This document shows, piece after piece, positions 18,648 through 28,674 of a stretch of DNA of 51,104 nt. Origin of the DNA: a virus. Taxonomy: Duplodnaviria > Caudoviricetes. Numbering within the stretch: position 1 is the first letter of the stretch; every line of letters starts with the position of its first letter. The DNA lies in the IMG/VR virus record IMGVR_UViG_3300009678_000070, positions 1 through 51,104 of that record. One strand, written 5' to 3'. Position numbers and translations under genes: made by a program. Under the pieces are notes generated by a model. It had not been told where the DNA came from. It saw nothing but the letters and a program-made list of their open reading frames with translations, and ran no database searches.

Positions 18648-19279
18648 CGACCTTTAATCTAACGCAATGCCCGACGAGCGTTCAGGTGTCACTGATTGCA
18701 AACACTGCGCTATATGCGTCGCCTCTGATCGCGAGCGCACAGACGTTAGATCGACAGGGCTACAAGTGGAAACTAGTGTACGGCTTCGATGCACTGGTTG
18801 AGGAAGATCGCGCAGTGATGCTTGGCATCATCGCAGCCGTGCGCGGGCAGGCGCATCGCCTGCGCGTGCCCGTGTACGATAACCCGCGCAGGGGCGCGGG
18901 CGGGGGCACGCCCGTAGTCGCAGGCGCGAGTCAGGTCGGCAATACGCTGAACCTGTCCGGGGCAACTCCGACCGTCACGAACTGGCTGATGCTCGGCGAC
19001 TACTTCTCGGTGGTGGTGAACGGCGATCACGAATTGAAAATGGTCACGGCGAATGCGTCGAGCAATGGATCCGGCTTGGTCACGGTAACGTTCGAGCCGC
19101 GCCTGCGCGCCTCGCCCGCGAACGGTGCCACTGTGTACGTCGAGCCGCAGAACATTCCAGTCGGCGTGTTCGTATTGGAAAACCCGGTGAACGGCTGGAC
19201 CTCGCGCAACTGGAAGAACGGTGACGCCTTGTCGTCGGTTACGCTGTCGATGATCGAAGACGTGTTTGCAACGCAATGA
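18644..19279 (+). CDS. distal tail protein-like
   Basis: immediately after TMP; SPL...Q.....GYKW, GDYF, VTFEPRLR. Confidence 0.7.
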   Translation: MTTFNLTQCPTSVQVSLIANTALYASPLIASAQTLDRQGYKWKLVYGFDALVEEDRAVMLGIIAAVRGQAHRLRVPVYDNPRRGAGGGTPVVAGASQVGNTLNLSGATPTVTNWLMLGDYFSVVVNGDHELKMVTANASSNGSGLVTVTFEPRLRASPANGATVYVEPQNIPVGVFVLENPVNGWTSRNWKNGDALSSVTLSMIEDVFATQ

Positions 19280-19905
19280 CTACGCGCGATATTTCAATCG
19301 ACAATATCAATGCCCTTAACTCGGCAGTCATTCGCCCGATATTGTTTGCGCGATTGGACTTCGCGTCAGGTGTGAAACGCTTTCACACTGAGATCGGCCC
19401 GCGCATTGCGGTGCATCCGATCTACGGAAGCGAAACCTACTCGGGTGTCGGAGACTTTGGAGGCATAACGGGAGACATCAAGGAGTCGATCAGTCTTGCG
19501 CCGAATGGTGTGAGTTTGTCGCTGACTGGTGTTGATCCTGCACTAATCGAGGATGCGAAGACTGACGACTACCACCGTCGAGATATTGAACTGATGTTCG
19601 GCTTCGACGATGTGAATGGCGTATTGATTGATGATCCGGTAATCGTGTGGTCCGGTTACATGGATCATGTAATTATTTCACTCGGACAGCATACGGCTGA
19701 ACTGACAATGATCTGTGAGTCGCGTGGCACGAATGGTCGCGGCAGATCGGACATCCGATTTACTGATGAGGACAAACAGATCACCGACTCCGGAGATTTG
19801 ATCGCTGAATATGTTTTTCGCATGGCCGACTTGCAGATCAAATGGGGTGGCGAGCAGGTGCAAGGCAGTCCCGGTCGATTGAACTTTTCGGTTCCGCGCG
19901 CGTGA
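19276..19905 (+). CDS. tail tip/hub protein
   Basis: YSGVGDFGGI, LSLTGVD, VWSGYMD, RFTDEDKQ, IKWG. Confidence 0.7.
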   Translation: MTTRDISIDNINALNSAVIRPILFARLDFASGVKRFHTEIGPRIAVHPIYGSETYSGVGDFGGITGDIKESISLAPNGVSLSLTGVDPALIEDAKTDDYHRRDIELMFGFDDVNGVLIDDPVIVWSGYMDHVIISLGQHTAELTMICESRGTNGRGRSDIRFTDEDKQITDSGDLIAEYVFRMADLQIKWGGEQVQGSPGRLNFSVPRA

Positions 19906-20282
19906 ATGTCACTGCTCTGCGCTCGTACTTCTCCGAAGTCTCTACGCGTCCTTCGGTGCTCGGTGAGTTGGATTGCGTGCGCTTCGTGATCGAATCAATC
20001 CGCATCGGGTGGGGCCGAGACTTCCGCGATTGCCTGCGCTATCAGTGCCGGCGTTCGGCGGTGGCGCAACTACGCGAGGATGGCGGACTCTACGACGCAT
20101 TCGCGCGCGTACTCGGCGAGGCAGTGCCGCGTAGTGAATTGATCCCCGGCGACATTGCTTATTTCACTGACTCTTTCGTCGGCTTGATGATGCCGGAATA
20201 TATTGCTGTGAAATATCGTCGCACTATTTACCGAGTGCCATTCGAGCACTGCGGTCAGGGGTTCAAGTGGGACCGGCACTAG
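19902..20282 (+). CDS. NlpC/P60-like tail assembly protein (gpK-like)
   Basis: GELDCVRF and PGDIA motifs; GTG overlaps the upstream stop. Confidence 0.65.
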   Translation: MNVTALRSYFSEVSTRPSVLGELDCVRFVIESIRIGWGRDFRDCLRYQCRRSAVAQLREDGGLYDAFARVLGEAVPRSELIPGDIAYFTDSFVGLMMPEYIAVKYRRTIYRVPFEHCGQGFKWDRH

Positions 20283-22807
20283 CGTTCCTCGGCGCAGTAT
20301 TTTTTGGCACTGGCCTTGCGACCGCATCACTCGCGTATGTCGTCGCGGTCAATCTCGCACGCATTGCGATACTGTCTCTGATTTCCAAAGCACTGGCTCC
20401 GAAGATCGACCTGTCTCAAGCCGCCGCTGATAAGTTGCTGACCGTTCGCTCGTCGGTACAACCGCAAGCATTCGTGTACGGGCAGGACATGTTGAGCGGC
20501 CCGTTGCTGTTCGCGAATACAGGCGGTGAGGGAAACAATGATCTGCATAGGTTGGTGGCGCTTACCGGGCGCGAGATTGATTCGTTTGTCGCCTTTCGAA
20601 TTGACGATACAGACATAGTTATCGGAACGCATATTACTGGCGACTCCGGACTTGTTACCGGCGGCCCATTCGCAGACGTAGTAGAGATTGATACGCGCAG
20701 AGGTACGTCAACGCAGACCGCCATCGCTAACTTGCTCAGCGAATTTCCGGACAACTGGACGACCGACCACACGGGTCGAAGTTGGTCATTGTTCTATACC
20801 AAAATGTCATTGGTTGCGAATAACGAAGCGTTTGAAGGAGGCATCCCACAGAATCTTCGAGCACTCATTAAAGGGAGCAAGGTCTACGATCCGCGCGAAG
20901 CGCACGACATAGAAGATCACGAAACTTGGGAATGGACAGAGAACCCGGCGTTGTGTTTAGCAGATTTCATGCGATGGGGACGCATTGGTTACGGCGAGTC
21001 ACATGAGCGGATAGATTGGGATTTGGTCGCGGCGGCGGCCGACATATGTGACGAACTGGTTACTGTCCCGTCCGGTACGCAGAAACGGTACACCTGCAAC
21101 TTCACATTCTACGCCGATCAGAGTCGGGAAACTGTCAGAGAAATTCTGGAAACCGCGATGCTTGGTCGAATGGTTTTCTCGCAGGGCAAGTGGCGCATGT
21201 TCGCGGGTGCACCGATTGCTGCAACAGTGACACTCAGCGAAGCGAATCTTTCCGGCTCTTTACAGTTTCAAGCATCGACGCCTAGCGAGAATCGGTACAA
21301 CCGAATCAATGGCAAGTTCGTCGATCCGACTCGTAACTACACTGCGAACCCTTATCCTGAGCAGCGAGACAGTACATACGAGGACGCTGACAACGAGGTC
21401 AAGTATCAAACGTTCGATCAGAACGCCTGTAATAATTCCTACGAGGCACAGCGAAACGCAATCATTCGATTGCGTAAGTCACGGATGCAGCGGGTCGTAA
21501 ACTTTCAAGGCAACTGGTCGTGCTTTCGTGTTCAGCCCGGAACGACAGTGAACCTTGACTGCGAAGAACTTGGCTTGAGTGGAGAGAAGTATTTTGTAAC
21601 CGAGTGGACACTCGACAAGGAGGGCAAGGGCGTCAATCTTGTAATGGTGCAGGAAGACGATTCTGTTTGGGACGATCCCGAAGATTATGTGACGCGCACT
21701 TCAACCGGCGACTTGGTGTTCAACGATCAGGCAGCAGGTTTGACAAACGCCGAACTTCACAACGAGCGAATTAATGCGACATGCTATTCAGGCATCGTAG
21801 TAGGTGCCGATGGTCGCTTGTATTATTTGAATGCCGCTGGAGTGCCGACGCAGACCGGTGTGCCAGAGGGCGAGTGGCGCGGTTCTGAACTCGGCGACCG
21901 ATGGGTGCGATGCACTGTCAACTTCGGCACACTTGATGTCGGCACAGCCGATACTTGGCAATTCCTCGATGTGGACAGGGAGTTCAGTTGCAATCGTCCA
22001 ACAGCAGGCACCGATCTACTCAATATCACCATTGAAATTGCCGACGACGATGCAGGGACAAACATTATATCCAGCGCGACGTTTGATATTTCGGCCACAT
22101 ACATCACGCCACTCGCGTATGAGTTAGTAGAGGCAGGGAATTGGGCATCGAACTCCGGATCGTCGAGCGGCTCTGTGGCGCTTGACTTGCCGGCGCGCAC
22201 TGCCGGAAATCAGTTGATCGTGTACTACACCGGTCTTGCGCAAGATTTGTCAGCCCCTGCGGGCTGGACACAGTTTCACGACAACGCATTCCTTACCACT
22301 TCACACGCGAAATTATTTTCGCGCATAGCAACCAACGACTCTAATGATGATTTTACTCTGTCATGGTCAACAGGAAATCCGTGCGCCGCGCAGATGGCAT
22401 CGTTTACCGATCCTGCTTCAGTTACCAACCCTGTCGCGCAAAATGCTGGTGGCTCATTGCAGGAAGGTACTGTCGCATCGGCACCTTACTTCCCATATTT
22501 ACAATTTACCTCCGCAACAACTGGCTCATGGCTGTATCTATTAATTGCCGTGCGTTATCAAACAACTACCGGGACGGCGCCGGGCTGGACTCAAGTTACC
22601 GATGATGCTCAACTCGACGCCATTGGTAACTTGGCGTTTATGAATACAGTGACAACAAACAAAAGATCTTGGGCAGTCTATTGGGCGTGGAAATCTGTAC
22701 CAACGGGATCAGGACTAACGTTCACCGCAGGTGAACTCACATGCGACGGAACACATGCGATCAGTTCGCATATTAATTCTCAAATTCTTCGGCTGGTTGG
22801 AACATAG
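20267..22807 (+). CDS. tail tip / central fibre protein (gpJ-like) with C-terminal beta-rich domains
   Basis: FVYGQ, IKGSKVYDPR, WTENPALCLADF, AAADICDE, RYTCN, RYNRINGKFVDP. Confidence 0.88.
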   Translation: MGPALAFLGAVFFGTGLATASLAYVVAVNLARIAILSLISKALAPKIDLSQAAADKLLTVRSSVQPQAFVYGQDMLSGPLLFANTGGEGNNDLHRLVALTGREIDSFVAFRIDDTDIVIGTHITGDSGLVTGGPFADVVEIDTRRGTSTQTAIANLLSEFPDNWTTDHTGRSWSLFYTKMSLVANNEAFEGGIPQNLRALIKGSKVYDPREAHDIEDHETWEWTENPALCLADFMRWGRIGYGESHERIDWDLVAAAADICDELVTVPSGTQKRYTCNFTFYADQSRETVREILETAMLGRMVFSQGKWRMFAGAPIAATVTLSEANLSGSLQFQASTPSENRYNRINGKFVDPTRNYTANPYPEQRDSTYEDADNEVKYQTFDQNACNNSYEAQRNAIIRLRKSRMQRVVNFQGNWSCFRVQPGTTVNLDCEELGLSGEKYFVTEWTLDKEGKGVNLVMVQEDDSVWDDPEDYVTRTSTGDLVFNDQAAGLTNAELHNERINATCYSGIVVGADGRLYYLNAAGVPTQTGVPEGEWRGSELGDRWVRCTVNFGTLDVGTADTWQFLDVDREFSCNRPTAGTDLLNITIEIADDDAGTNIISSATFDISATYITPLAYELVEAGNWASNSGSSSGSVALDLPARTAGNQLIVYYTGLAQDLSAPAGWTQFHDNAFLTTSHAKLFSRIATNDSNDDFTLSWSTGNPCAAQMASFTDPASVTNPVAQNAGGSLQEGTVASAPYFPYLQFTSATTGSWLYLLIAVRYQTTTGTAPGWTQVTDDAQLDAIGNLAFMNTVTTNKRSWAVYWAWKSVPTGSGLTFTAGELTCDGTHAISSHINSQILRLVGT

Positions 22808-22825
22808 AGACTGCGATGTAATGAC

Positions 22826-23098
22826 ATGCACAGCGCTCCGATCCTCTGTCTGCTTATCATGGCGAATGCCGCGTGCTATGTCGTCGCGTGCGGGCACGAT
22901 CAGAAGTTCACTGTGGAATACTCGACTCGCGTGACGCCGCACCGCGATGCCGTCTGCGTGTACTACGGAATGCGTCTGACGCAGTTGTACGCGGACGAAG
23001 CGAACGCAGAAACCGAAGCCAAAAAAAAAGCGCTCCAAGCCGAGTCGTCGGCATTGGAGCGCTTATTCGAGCAACGTTGTATCAGTGATAAAAAATAA
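22826..23098 (+). CDS. hypothetical protein with hydrophobic N-terminus
   Basis: ORF following the tail tip gene; signal-like N-terminus, helical C-terminus. Confidence 0.55.
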   Translation: MHSAPILCLLIMANAACYVVACGHDQKFTVEYSTRVTPHRDAVCVYYGMRLTQLYADEANAETEAKKKALQAESSALERLFEQRCISDKK

Positions 23099-23201
23099 TT
23101 CTAAACAATAATATCAGCACACCCCACAGCATTACCGAAACCACTATGCTGAACAGGATGCCACGCATCGCGCGCAGGTCGTCCTTGTCACGCTGAATCA
23201 T
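23082..23201 (-). CDS. 39-aa single-TM protein (not in the ORF track)
   Basis: RBS caggag; MIQRDKDDLRAMRGILFSIVVSVMLWGVLILLFRIIFYH. Confidence 0.6.
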   Translation of the reverse strand: MIQRDKDDLRAMRGILFSIVVSVMLWGVLILLFRIIFYH

Positions 23202-23229
23202 TGCTGTCTCCTGTACTTCAATCGATCAC

Positions 23230-23895
23230 TTAGTCGCAAACATAGCGGTCGCCGCGATCCCGATAGCAACGAGGCGCGCTTGGTGATATTCCACCGCCAC
23301 CGCCACCGCCGTCTGAACCACCGCCACTCGTTCTGACTGTGCCGTCATTCTTGAGACAATCTTCGCCTGCCGTGTAGCCGTCGTCACCCGCACTGCTTGG
23401 AATTTTGAATGCAGTCGATTCCAATATCTTCTGATATTCGTAAGGTGCAGTGCTTGGCACGCCGCTTGGTGACACCGAGAACACGCGCCAGCCTTTGATG
23501 CTGGTACGCGTTTGCAATGACACGGCGACGCCTGACACGCTCAGCGTTCTGAATACGGTGATGATGGTTACGTTCTCGGTCTGACCCAAACCATTCTTGA
23601 CGCGAATGGTGAAACTGGATTCAGGTCCGAGTTTGTAACCGATAGATCCTATGCCGTATTCCTTGTCATACACTCCCGCTGCCGATCCGACCATGACATA
23701 GTTCCATGCCGCGTTCCCTACGTCACCGGGAAACTTGCTGATCTCGCGGCAGTTGCGACACGGAACCTGCGCAGTCAATCCATACTCGCTATAGTCGTCG
23801 GTCGGCTGCGTTCCCGTTGTGTCCATTGGGCACGCCGCATAAGCGAACGCAGGCACGAGTAGTGCAATCAGGACAACGATTCTCATGACTGCCAC
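23230..23895 (-). CDS. hypothetical secreted protein
   Basis: signal peptide MRIVVLIALLVPAFAYA; several Cys; Gly-rich linker near the C-terminus. Confidence 0.75.
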   Translation of the reverse strand: MAVMRIVVLIALLVPAFAYAACPMDTTGTQPTDDYSEYGLTAQVPCRNCREISKFPGDVGNAAWNYVMVGSAAGVYDKEYGIGSIGYKLGPESSFTIRVKNGLGQTENVTIITVFRTLSVSGVAVSLQTRTSIKGWRVFSVSPSGVPSTAPYEYQKILESTAFKIPSSAGDDGYTAGEDCLKNDGTVRTSGGGSDGGGGGGGISPSAPRCYRDRGDRYVCD

Positions 23896-24533
23896 CCTTC
23901 GCCAAGCAATGCTTGCCGCTCCCGTGTCAATCGATCAAAGCGCCTGTCTGCTCGCTGCTTGATCGGCGCAAGGTCTACGCCCTCTGCAAGCAACTCGTTG
24001 GCATAGCGTTGCACGCCGTCCGGCCAGTCAACGATCTTCGAAGTCGTCAGCGCGATCTCGTAGGCCGTTTCTGTGCTCTCAAGACTTTCGAGTTCCCCGC
24101 CCGTGCGCGCGCCCGCGCGGCTGTGCCTGTTGAACAGCCACTCGAACAATGGGTCCGGGCTGCCGCTCAACGCCACCGCGCGTTCGTAAAGCAACTCGGC
24201 AGCGTCGTCGTTGTCCGTGCGCCGTGCAAGAAGCACAGCGGCGTCCGGATCGCTGACCGACATAGCACGCAACTCGTCGTCTGAATAGACCGAGTACGCG
24301 TGGTCGCTTGCGGGTAATTGGAAGTCACTCACCGGCCTGCCTACAACCGGCAATTCGATGCTCGGCAGTTGTCGCTTGGTTTGACTGTCGGTTCTGAATC
24401 CCGCTTCGACAATCGCGTCCAGTTGCGACACCTGCTGCGCTTGCTCCCGATCAATCAAGCGGATGGTAACGAACACCATCAGCATGACTGCCACGAACGA
24501 GCCAGCCATCTTCAGTAACAACTTCCTGTCCAT
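23883..24533 (-). CDS. hypothetical membrane-anchored protein
   Basis: N-terminal TM helix; RBS actgaggag; helical body. Confidence 0.8.
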   Translation of the reverse strand: MDRKLLLKMAGSFVAVMLMVFVTIRLIDREQAQQVSQLDAIVEAGFRTDSQTKRQLPSIELPVVGRPVSDFQLPASDHAYSVYSDDELRAMSVSDPDAAVLLARRTDNDDAAELLYERAVALSGSPDPLFEWLFNRHSRAGARTGGELESLESTETAYEIALTTSKIVDWPDGVQRYANELLAEGVDLAPIKQRADRRFDRLTRERQALLGEGWQS

Positions 24534-24600
24534 TTCTTTTCTCCTCAGTATCGGTCAATGCTGACCACGATGCCCGCTCTCACCGGGCATCAGGGTTGCA

Positions 24601-24789
24601 CTAGTACAGTTCGTCCTCTGGCTCAATCGGTTCGTCGCATTCGTAGTCGCCGTCCGTCAATACTTCCGGGCGATACTTCGCCAACGTTGCCGTCTTGCAG
24701 TTCTCGCACACCCGCGCTAGCGCGATGCCTCGCGCATCATATTCCCACCACGAATTTTCATAGGTATGCGTGCAGGCTGCACCACTCAT
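24601..24789 (-). CDS. small hypothetical protein (CxxC)
   Basis: 62 aa, coupled to the upstream ORF. Confidence 0.7.
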   Translation of the reverse strand: MSGAACTHTYENSWWEYDARGIALARVCENCKTATLAKYRPEVLTDGDYECDEPIEPEDELY

Positions 24790-25130
24790 GATGCGTCTCC
24801 TTCAGTCTGCTCGCGTTCACGCGATACGATCAGGAACGCGTCCTTGATTGCGAGTAATGCTTCGCGCAGTTCCGCATTCTTTTCTCGTAAGCGTTCGTTC
24901 TTAATCCGCTCGTGTTCCAGTTGCAGTTGCACCGACTTGAGATCGGTGTCGAGTATTCGTCCGATCACGTCCGCGTCTGGATCGACAGCCGCATGATTGC
25001 CGTTCAGGTAGTTGCAACGACTCGCCGCGACCTCTCTGCTGTTGTGATCCGACTCCGCGTCCCAGTCGCCGTTTGGCTTGGTGTAGCCGACCGTCCACAC
25101 TCCCGGCTCGGTCTTGATATAAACGTACAT
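24786..25130 (-). CDS. hypothetical protein
   Basis: RBS actgagggag; WTVGY..NGDW..ESDH.S..A..R.NYLNG domain plus coiled coil. Confidence 0.8.
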   Translation of the reverse strand: MYVYIKTEPGVWTVGYTKPNGDWDAESDHNSREVAASRCNYLNGNHAAVDPDADVIGRILDTDLKSVQLQLEHERIKNERLREKNAELREALLAIKDAFLIVSREREQTEGDAS

Positions 25131-25202
25131 AGTTTTCTCCCTCAGTAAACGGCAGGAAAGTCCTACCAGTGAGCGCCCCGCAGGGCGCTCGTAGTTAGAA
25201 CC

Positions 25203-25370
25203 TCAATTCTCCTGTTGTTGTTTCTTCCTCGCGTACTTCGCTTTCTGTCGGCACGAGTTGCTGCAGTAGACCGCGCTCTTGACTGCCACGAATGATGTCT
25301 TGCACCACGCGCACTTGTGCCTGACGCGTCGGCGCATATCCGACAGGGCACCGCCCGGTGTGTCTTTCAT
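25203..25370 (-). CDS. small zinc-finger protein
   Basis: CAWCKTSF....AVYCSNSCRQKA. Confidence 0.7.
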   Translation of the reverse strand: MKDTPGGALSDMRRRVRHKCAWCKTSFVAVKSAVYCSNSCRQKAKYARKKQQQEN

Positions 25371-25462
25371 TTTCGCAGCCACCATTCAACAATCAAACCC
25401 ATCCAAACGAACGCTCCACACGCGAGCGCCGCCACCAGTAAAAATCCAAACAGATTGTCCAT
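25367..25462 (-). CDS. 31-aa membrane peptide
   Basis: RBS aggag; MDNLFGFLLVAALACGAFVWMGLIVEWWLRK; stop overlaps the next start. Confidence 0.6.
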   Translation of the reverse strand: MDNLFGFLLVAALACGAFVWMGLIVEWWLRK

Positions 25463-25472
25463 TCGTTTTCTC

Positions 25473-25796
25473 CTACTTCTTTTTCGCCGCCGCGACCTTC
25501 GCCGCCTTCTTTTGCAGCACATGCTTGCCATTGAAAATTCGGCCGACCGTTGCGTGCGATACACCGAACCGCTTTGCTACTTCGTCATGGGACAGACCTT
25601 CGTTGCGTACCGCCGCAATCTGCGAAAACAGCGAACGCGATATAATCACGCGAGCCTTGCGCTTGCCTCGTGACTGCTGCCCATTCGGCGTGGTCGTCAT
25701 GGTTACATTGGCTTGCATCTTTTCCCGCACGACGAACTCGTCGATCAGTGCGGCGTCCATGAGCGAATTAACTTCTATCGTAAGTGTTACTTTCAT
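25473..25796 (-). CDS. helix-turn-helix DNA-binding protein
   Basis: GLSHDEVAKRFGVSHATVGRIFNGK; start follows an array RBS. Confidence 0.8.
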   Translation of the reverse strand: MKVTLTIEVNSLMDAALIDEFVVREKMQANVTMTTTPNGQQSRGKRKARVIISRSLFSQIAAVRNEGLSHDEVAKRFGVSHATVGRIFNGKHVLQKKAAKVAAAKKK

Positions 25797-25858
25797 TTCT
25801 GAATCCTCAGTTGTGGTGAATATCAAAAGGCACACGCGCGCGCGTGTGCCTGAGTTAT

Positions 25859-26056
25859 TCACTGCTTGTGCCGTTTCTCGAACGACTGCATCCAATACAG
25901 AAGCACCTCGCGTGCTTGAGGCGATGTCAGTTTGAAGGCTCTGGTTAGGTACGGCGATGCACCGAACATATTGGTGATGCCTGATGCACGCAGTCCGTCC
26001 AGATAGGTCAGGTGCTTGTCGTCCACTATCGGTGGTCGGTCGCTTTGCTCAATCAT
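25859..26056 (-). CDS. small hypothetical protein
   Basis: YLDGLRASGITNMFGASPYL; flanked by array elements. Confidence 0.8.
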   Translation of the reverse strand: MIEQSDRPPIVDDKHLTYLDGLRASGITNMFGASPYLTRAFKLTSPQAREVLLYWMQSFEKRHKQ

Positions 26057-26120
26057 TGTCTTTTCCTCAGTTGGTGAATATCAAAAAGCGCACGCGAGCC
26101 GTGCGCTTGAGTTATTCACT

Positions 26121-26621
26121 TCAGGTCAGGCTGATCGGTCGCGGCGTGTGCTCGTCGCAGGTTTCGAACTGCACACCGACCGGGGCCGGTGCCTCAATGC
26201 CTGCGTGCCGACGCACAGCCTTTGCCAATTCTGATTGCGCTTTAATTACGCCACTTTGCGAACAACTGTTGCAGTTCCAATAGATACCACCTGCTGCAAC
26301 CAGTGCCTTGTGCTCGACCAGTTCGGCCTCGCACTTGTCGCACGGTCCATTGGATGGAACGCGCTCGCCTTCGGGTACGTCCTGCCAATCTCTGAAACGG
26401 CGATTTGCCTTTTCCAGTTCCTGTATGACGCGTCGCGTGCCTTCGCCGCGATTGGCATAGGCGTACTGCTTCGGATCGTAACTTCTACCCCAGTTGTCTA
26501 TCAGTTCGACGCGGCGCAAGTGGCCTATCGTGAGGTCGTTCGCATCGCCGCCGCAGCGCGGGCAGAACGTCAGGTGCGGGTCGAGACCGCGCTTTGGGTG
26601 TAATGGTATGTTTCCATTCAT
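26121..26621 (-). CDS. hypothetical Cys-rich (Zn-binding) protein
   Basis: three CxxC pairs; flanked by array elements. Confidence 0.8.
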   Translation of the reverse strand: MNGNIPLHPKRGLDPHLTFCPRCGGDANDLTIGHLRRVELIDNWGRSYDPKQYAYANRGEGTRRVIQELEKANRRFRDWQDVPEGERVPSNGPCDKCEAELVEHKALVAAGGIYWNCNSCSQSGVIKAQSELAKAVRRHAGIEAPAPVGVQFETCDEHTPRPISLT

Positions 26622-26692
26622 TGTCGTTTCCTCAGTTGATTGAACTAACGTGCCACCTCTTGCGAAGTGGCACGGTGGTTCACTTTGTTACA

Positions 26693-27793
26693 TCACGCTG
26701 CTTCTGCGATGCGTGTCCAGTCGGTCTTCGGCAACTCGATTATGTCGCCGCCGAGACGTTCCAGTTGGACTTGACGCTCGAAACTCACTTGCTCGTTCTG
26801 CGCGTAGTGAGTTATCGCCCACTGCATACCGAACTGTGACAAGTCGCCGCCTTGAATGAGCGACGCCAGAATGCCGTCCTGTTCAGTTGCCGTCAGGTTT
26901 GGCAGAGCCTTGATGGCGTCTGCCGGGCGTTCGATCTGTTTGCCTGTCATGGCTGCCTCGAACTCATCGACTGACGCGTTGAACCGTTCGAGCGACAGGC
27001 CAGCGGTCACGAGGTCCTGCACTTTCATCCAGAACGCCTTGTCATTTGCGATCTTGGTGGCGTCAGAGAACAGTTCCTGCACGCCGTCGCCTTCTGACAA
27101 CTTGCCGCCGACATGGTACTTGCGCATTGAACCGCTCGACCGTATTGCCATGTTCGAGCAACCCTTCTCCCAAGTGCCTGTCTCGACCGCAACCGAACCT
27201 TGACCCGTTTCGGAATTCGACAGGCAAGTGCCGGGCTTGAACAAGTGGATGAGATTGTGTCCGCCGTCGCCGAAGTACGCGCCTTTCACCTTCGACACCA
27301 TTCTCTCGATGCCCGGAATGACTGCTTTGATATACAGGCGGTTCTCGAGTATGTCGCAGTTCAGCACTTCTGCTTTCAGTTGTTGAAGTCGCGACAATGT
27401 GGCGTTGGCGAAGTCGTAGTTATCAAGTGGACGATAACCGTTCGACAGGTACGCTCTGACGTTATCAAACAGCACACGAACCATCCGCGTCGCAGGCTCG
27501 CGCTGGAACAACTGATTTATGTTCCATGCCAGCATGTCTGGGTGCGACTCTGCGAGCCGGTCAACGAACGTGGCCGGGATTGCGAGTTGCGTGCCCATCT
27601 GTCGAATGGCGTGCTGCTTGATCGGGAACCGTTCACTGCTGCCCGCTTTCAGTATGAGATTAGTCGGACTGCTGCTGTCGGGTTCAACGGTCAGGTGTCG
27701 AGTGTCGGCAACGAAGTCATACTTCGCGGCATTCTGTCGCGTGATTTCTTCCGCCAACTCGTTCAGCGTTAAGCCTTTTGTTTTCGTATTCAT
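26693..27793 (-). CDS. DUF932-like protein
   Basis: RAYLSNGYRPLDN, LSNSETGQGSV, CSNMAI, terminal LERLGG. Confidence 0.7.
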   Translation of the reverse strand: MNTKTKGLTLNELAEEITRQNAAKYDFVADTRHLTVEPDSSSPTNLILKAGSSERFPIKQHAIRQMGTQLAIPATFVDRLAESHPDMLAWNINQLFQREPATRMVRVLFDNVRAYLSNGYRPLDNYDFANATLSRLQQLKAEVLNCDILENRLYIKAVIPGIERMVSKVKGAYFGDGGHNLIHLFKPGTCLSNSETGQGSVAVETGTWEKGCSNMAIRSSGSMRKYHVGGKLSEGDGVQELFSDATKIANDKAFWMKVQDLVTAGLSLERFNASVDEFEAAMTGKQIERPADAIKALPNLTATEQDGILASLIQGGDLSQFGMQWAITHYAQNEQVSFERQVQLERLGGDIIELPKTDWTRIAEAA

Positions 27794-27859
27794 ATTCTTT
27801 CCTCAGTTTGTTTTGGCATGATTGCCAGAAGGCGCACTCATCGAATGCGCCTCAGTCAA

Positions 27860-28066
27860 TCACGAATGCTCGCACTTTTTATGCGAACTAAAACGCGCGA
27901 ACACTTTTACCTTGCCGCCGAATTGCGGCTTGTGAACATCGGCAAACTCTTGCGCCGCTGCGCGTGAGTTCCAAGTCCTTGCTTCCCAAAAATAGTCCTT
28001 GTCTTGAACAACGCTCCATTTATAACCGTTCCAGAACCGAACGATAAAATGCTGATTGGATTTCAT
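27860..28066 (-). CDS. small hypothetical protein
   Basis: start follows an array RBS. Confidence 0.75.
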   Translation of the reverse strand: MKSNQHFIVRFWNGYKWSVVQDKDYFWEARTWNSRAAAQEFADVHKPQFGGKVKVFARFSSHKKCEHS

Positions 28067-28123
28067 GTGGTGTCCTCAGTTGTGAATATCAAAAGGCGCG
28101 CTCATCGAACGCGCCTGAGTTAT

Positions 28124-28330
28124 TCACGAGTGGACGTAACCGTCTTTTTCAATGCCGAGCCACATGCCCTGCCATCGAACCATGACGCAGCCCGGTCCGG
28201 GTTGCACGGTGCGACGGAATCGCCGATACCCGCGCAGTGACAGGTCGATCCGATACACGCTGTCTGCTGTGCTGGTCGGACGTTCGTAGATTCGCTTTAG
28301 TGACACACGCTGTTCTCTGGTTAACCTCAT
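28124..28330 (-). CDS. small hypothetical protein
   Basis: array RBS; stop lies inside the next element; WQGMWLGIEKDGYVHS. Confidence 0.8.
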   Translation of the reverse strand: MRLTREQRVSLKRIYERPTSTADSVYRIDLSLRGYRRFRRTVQPGPGCVMVRWQGMWLGIEKDGYVHS

Positions 28331-28391
28331 TGTCGTTCCTCAGTTGGTGGTGAATATCAAAAGGCGCGCTCATCGAACGCGCCTGAGTTAT

Positions 28392-28613
28392 TCACTCTTG
28401 CAGTGCGCGAAAGGTGTCCGCGCTGCCTGCAAAGACTTGCCCCGGCCTCGCGTCGAGTTCGACCTTGACTCGATCATTCGGAGTCAATGACATGCCCACC
28501 ACTACGCCGTACCGCGCTCCACGCATCCACAGGTCTGTGCAAGGGTGCAATTCAACGCGGTCGCCGATCCCGTATCCGTTCCCATCAAAGCCATAGACCG
28601 TTTCGGTTTTCAT
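28392..28613 (-). CDS. small SH3/KOW-like hypothetical protein
   Basis: IGDRVELHP..WMRGARYGVV; array RBS; stop inside the next element. Confidence 0.75.
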   Translation of the reverse strand: MKTETVYGFDGNGYGIGDRVELHPCTDLWMRGARYGVVVGMSLTPNDRVKVELDARPGQVFAGSADTFRALQE

Positions 28614-28674
28614 TTTCGTTTCCTCAGTTGGTGAAACTAACAAGCCCGCTCTTGCGAACGGGCTTGGTGGTTTC

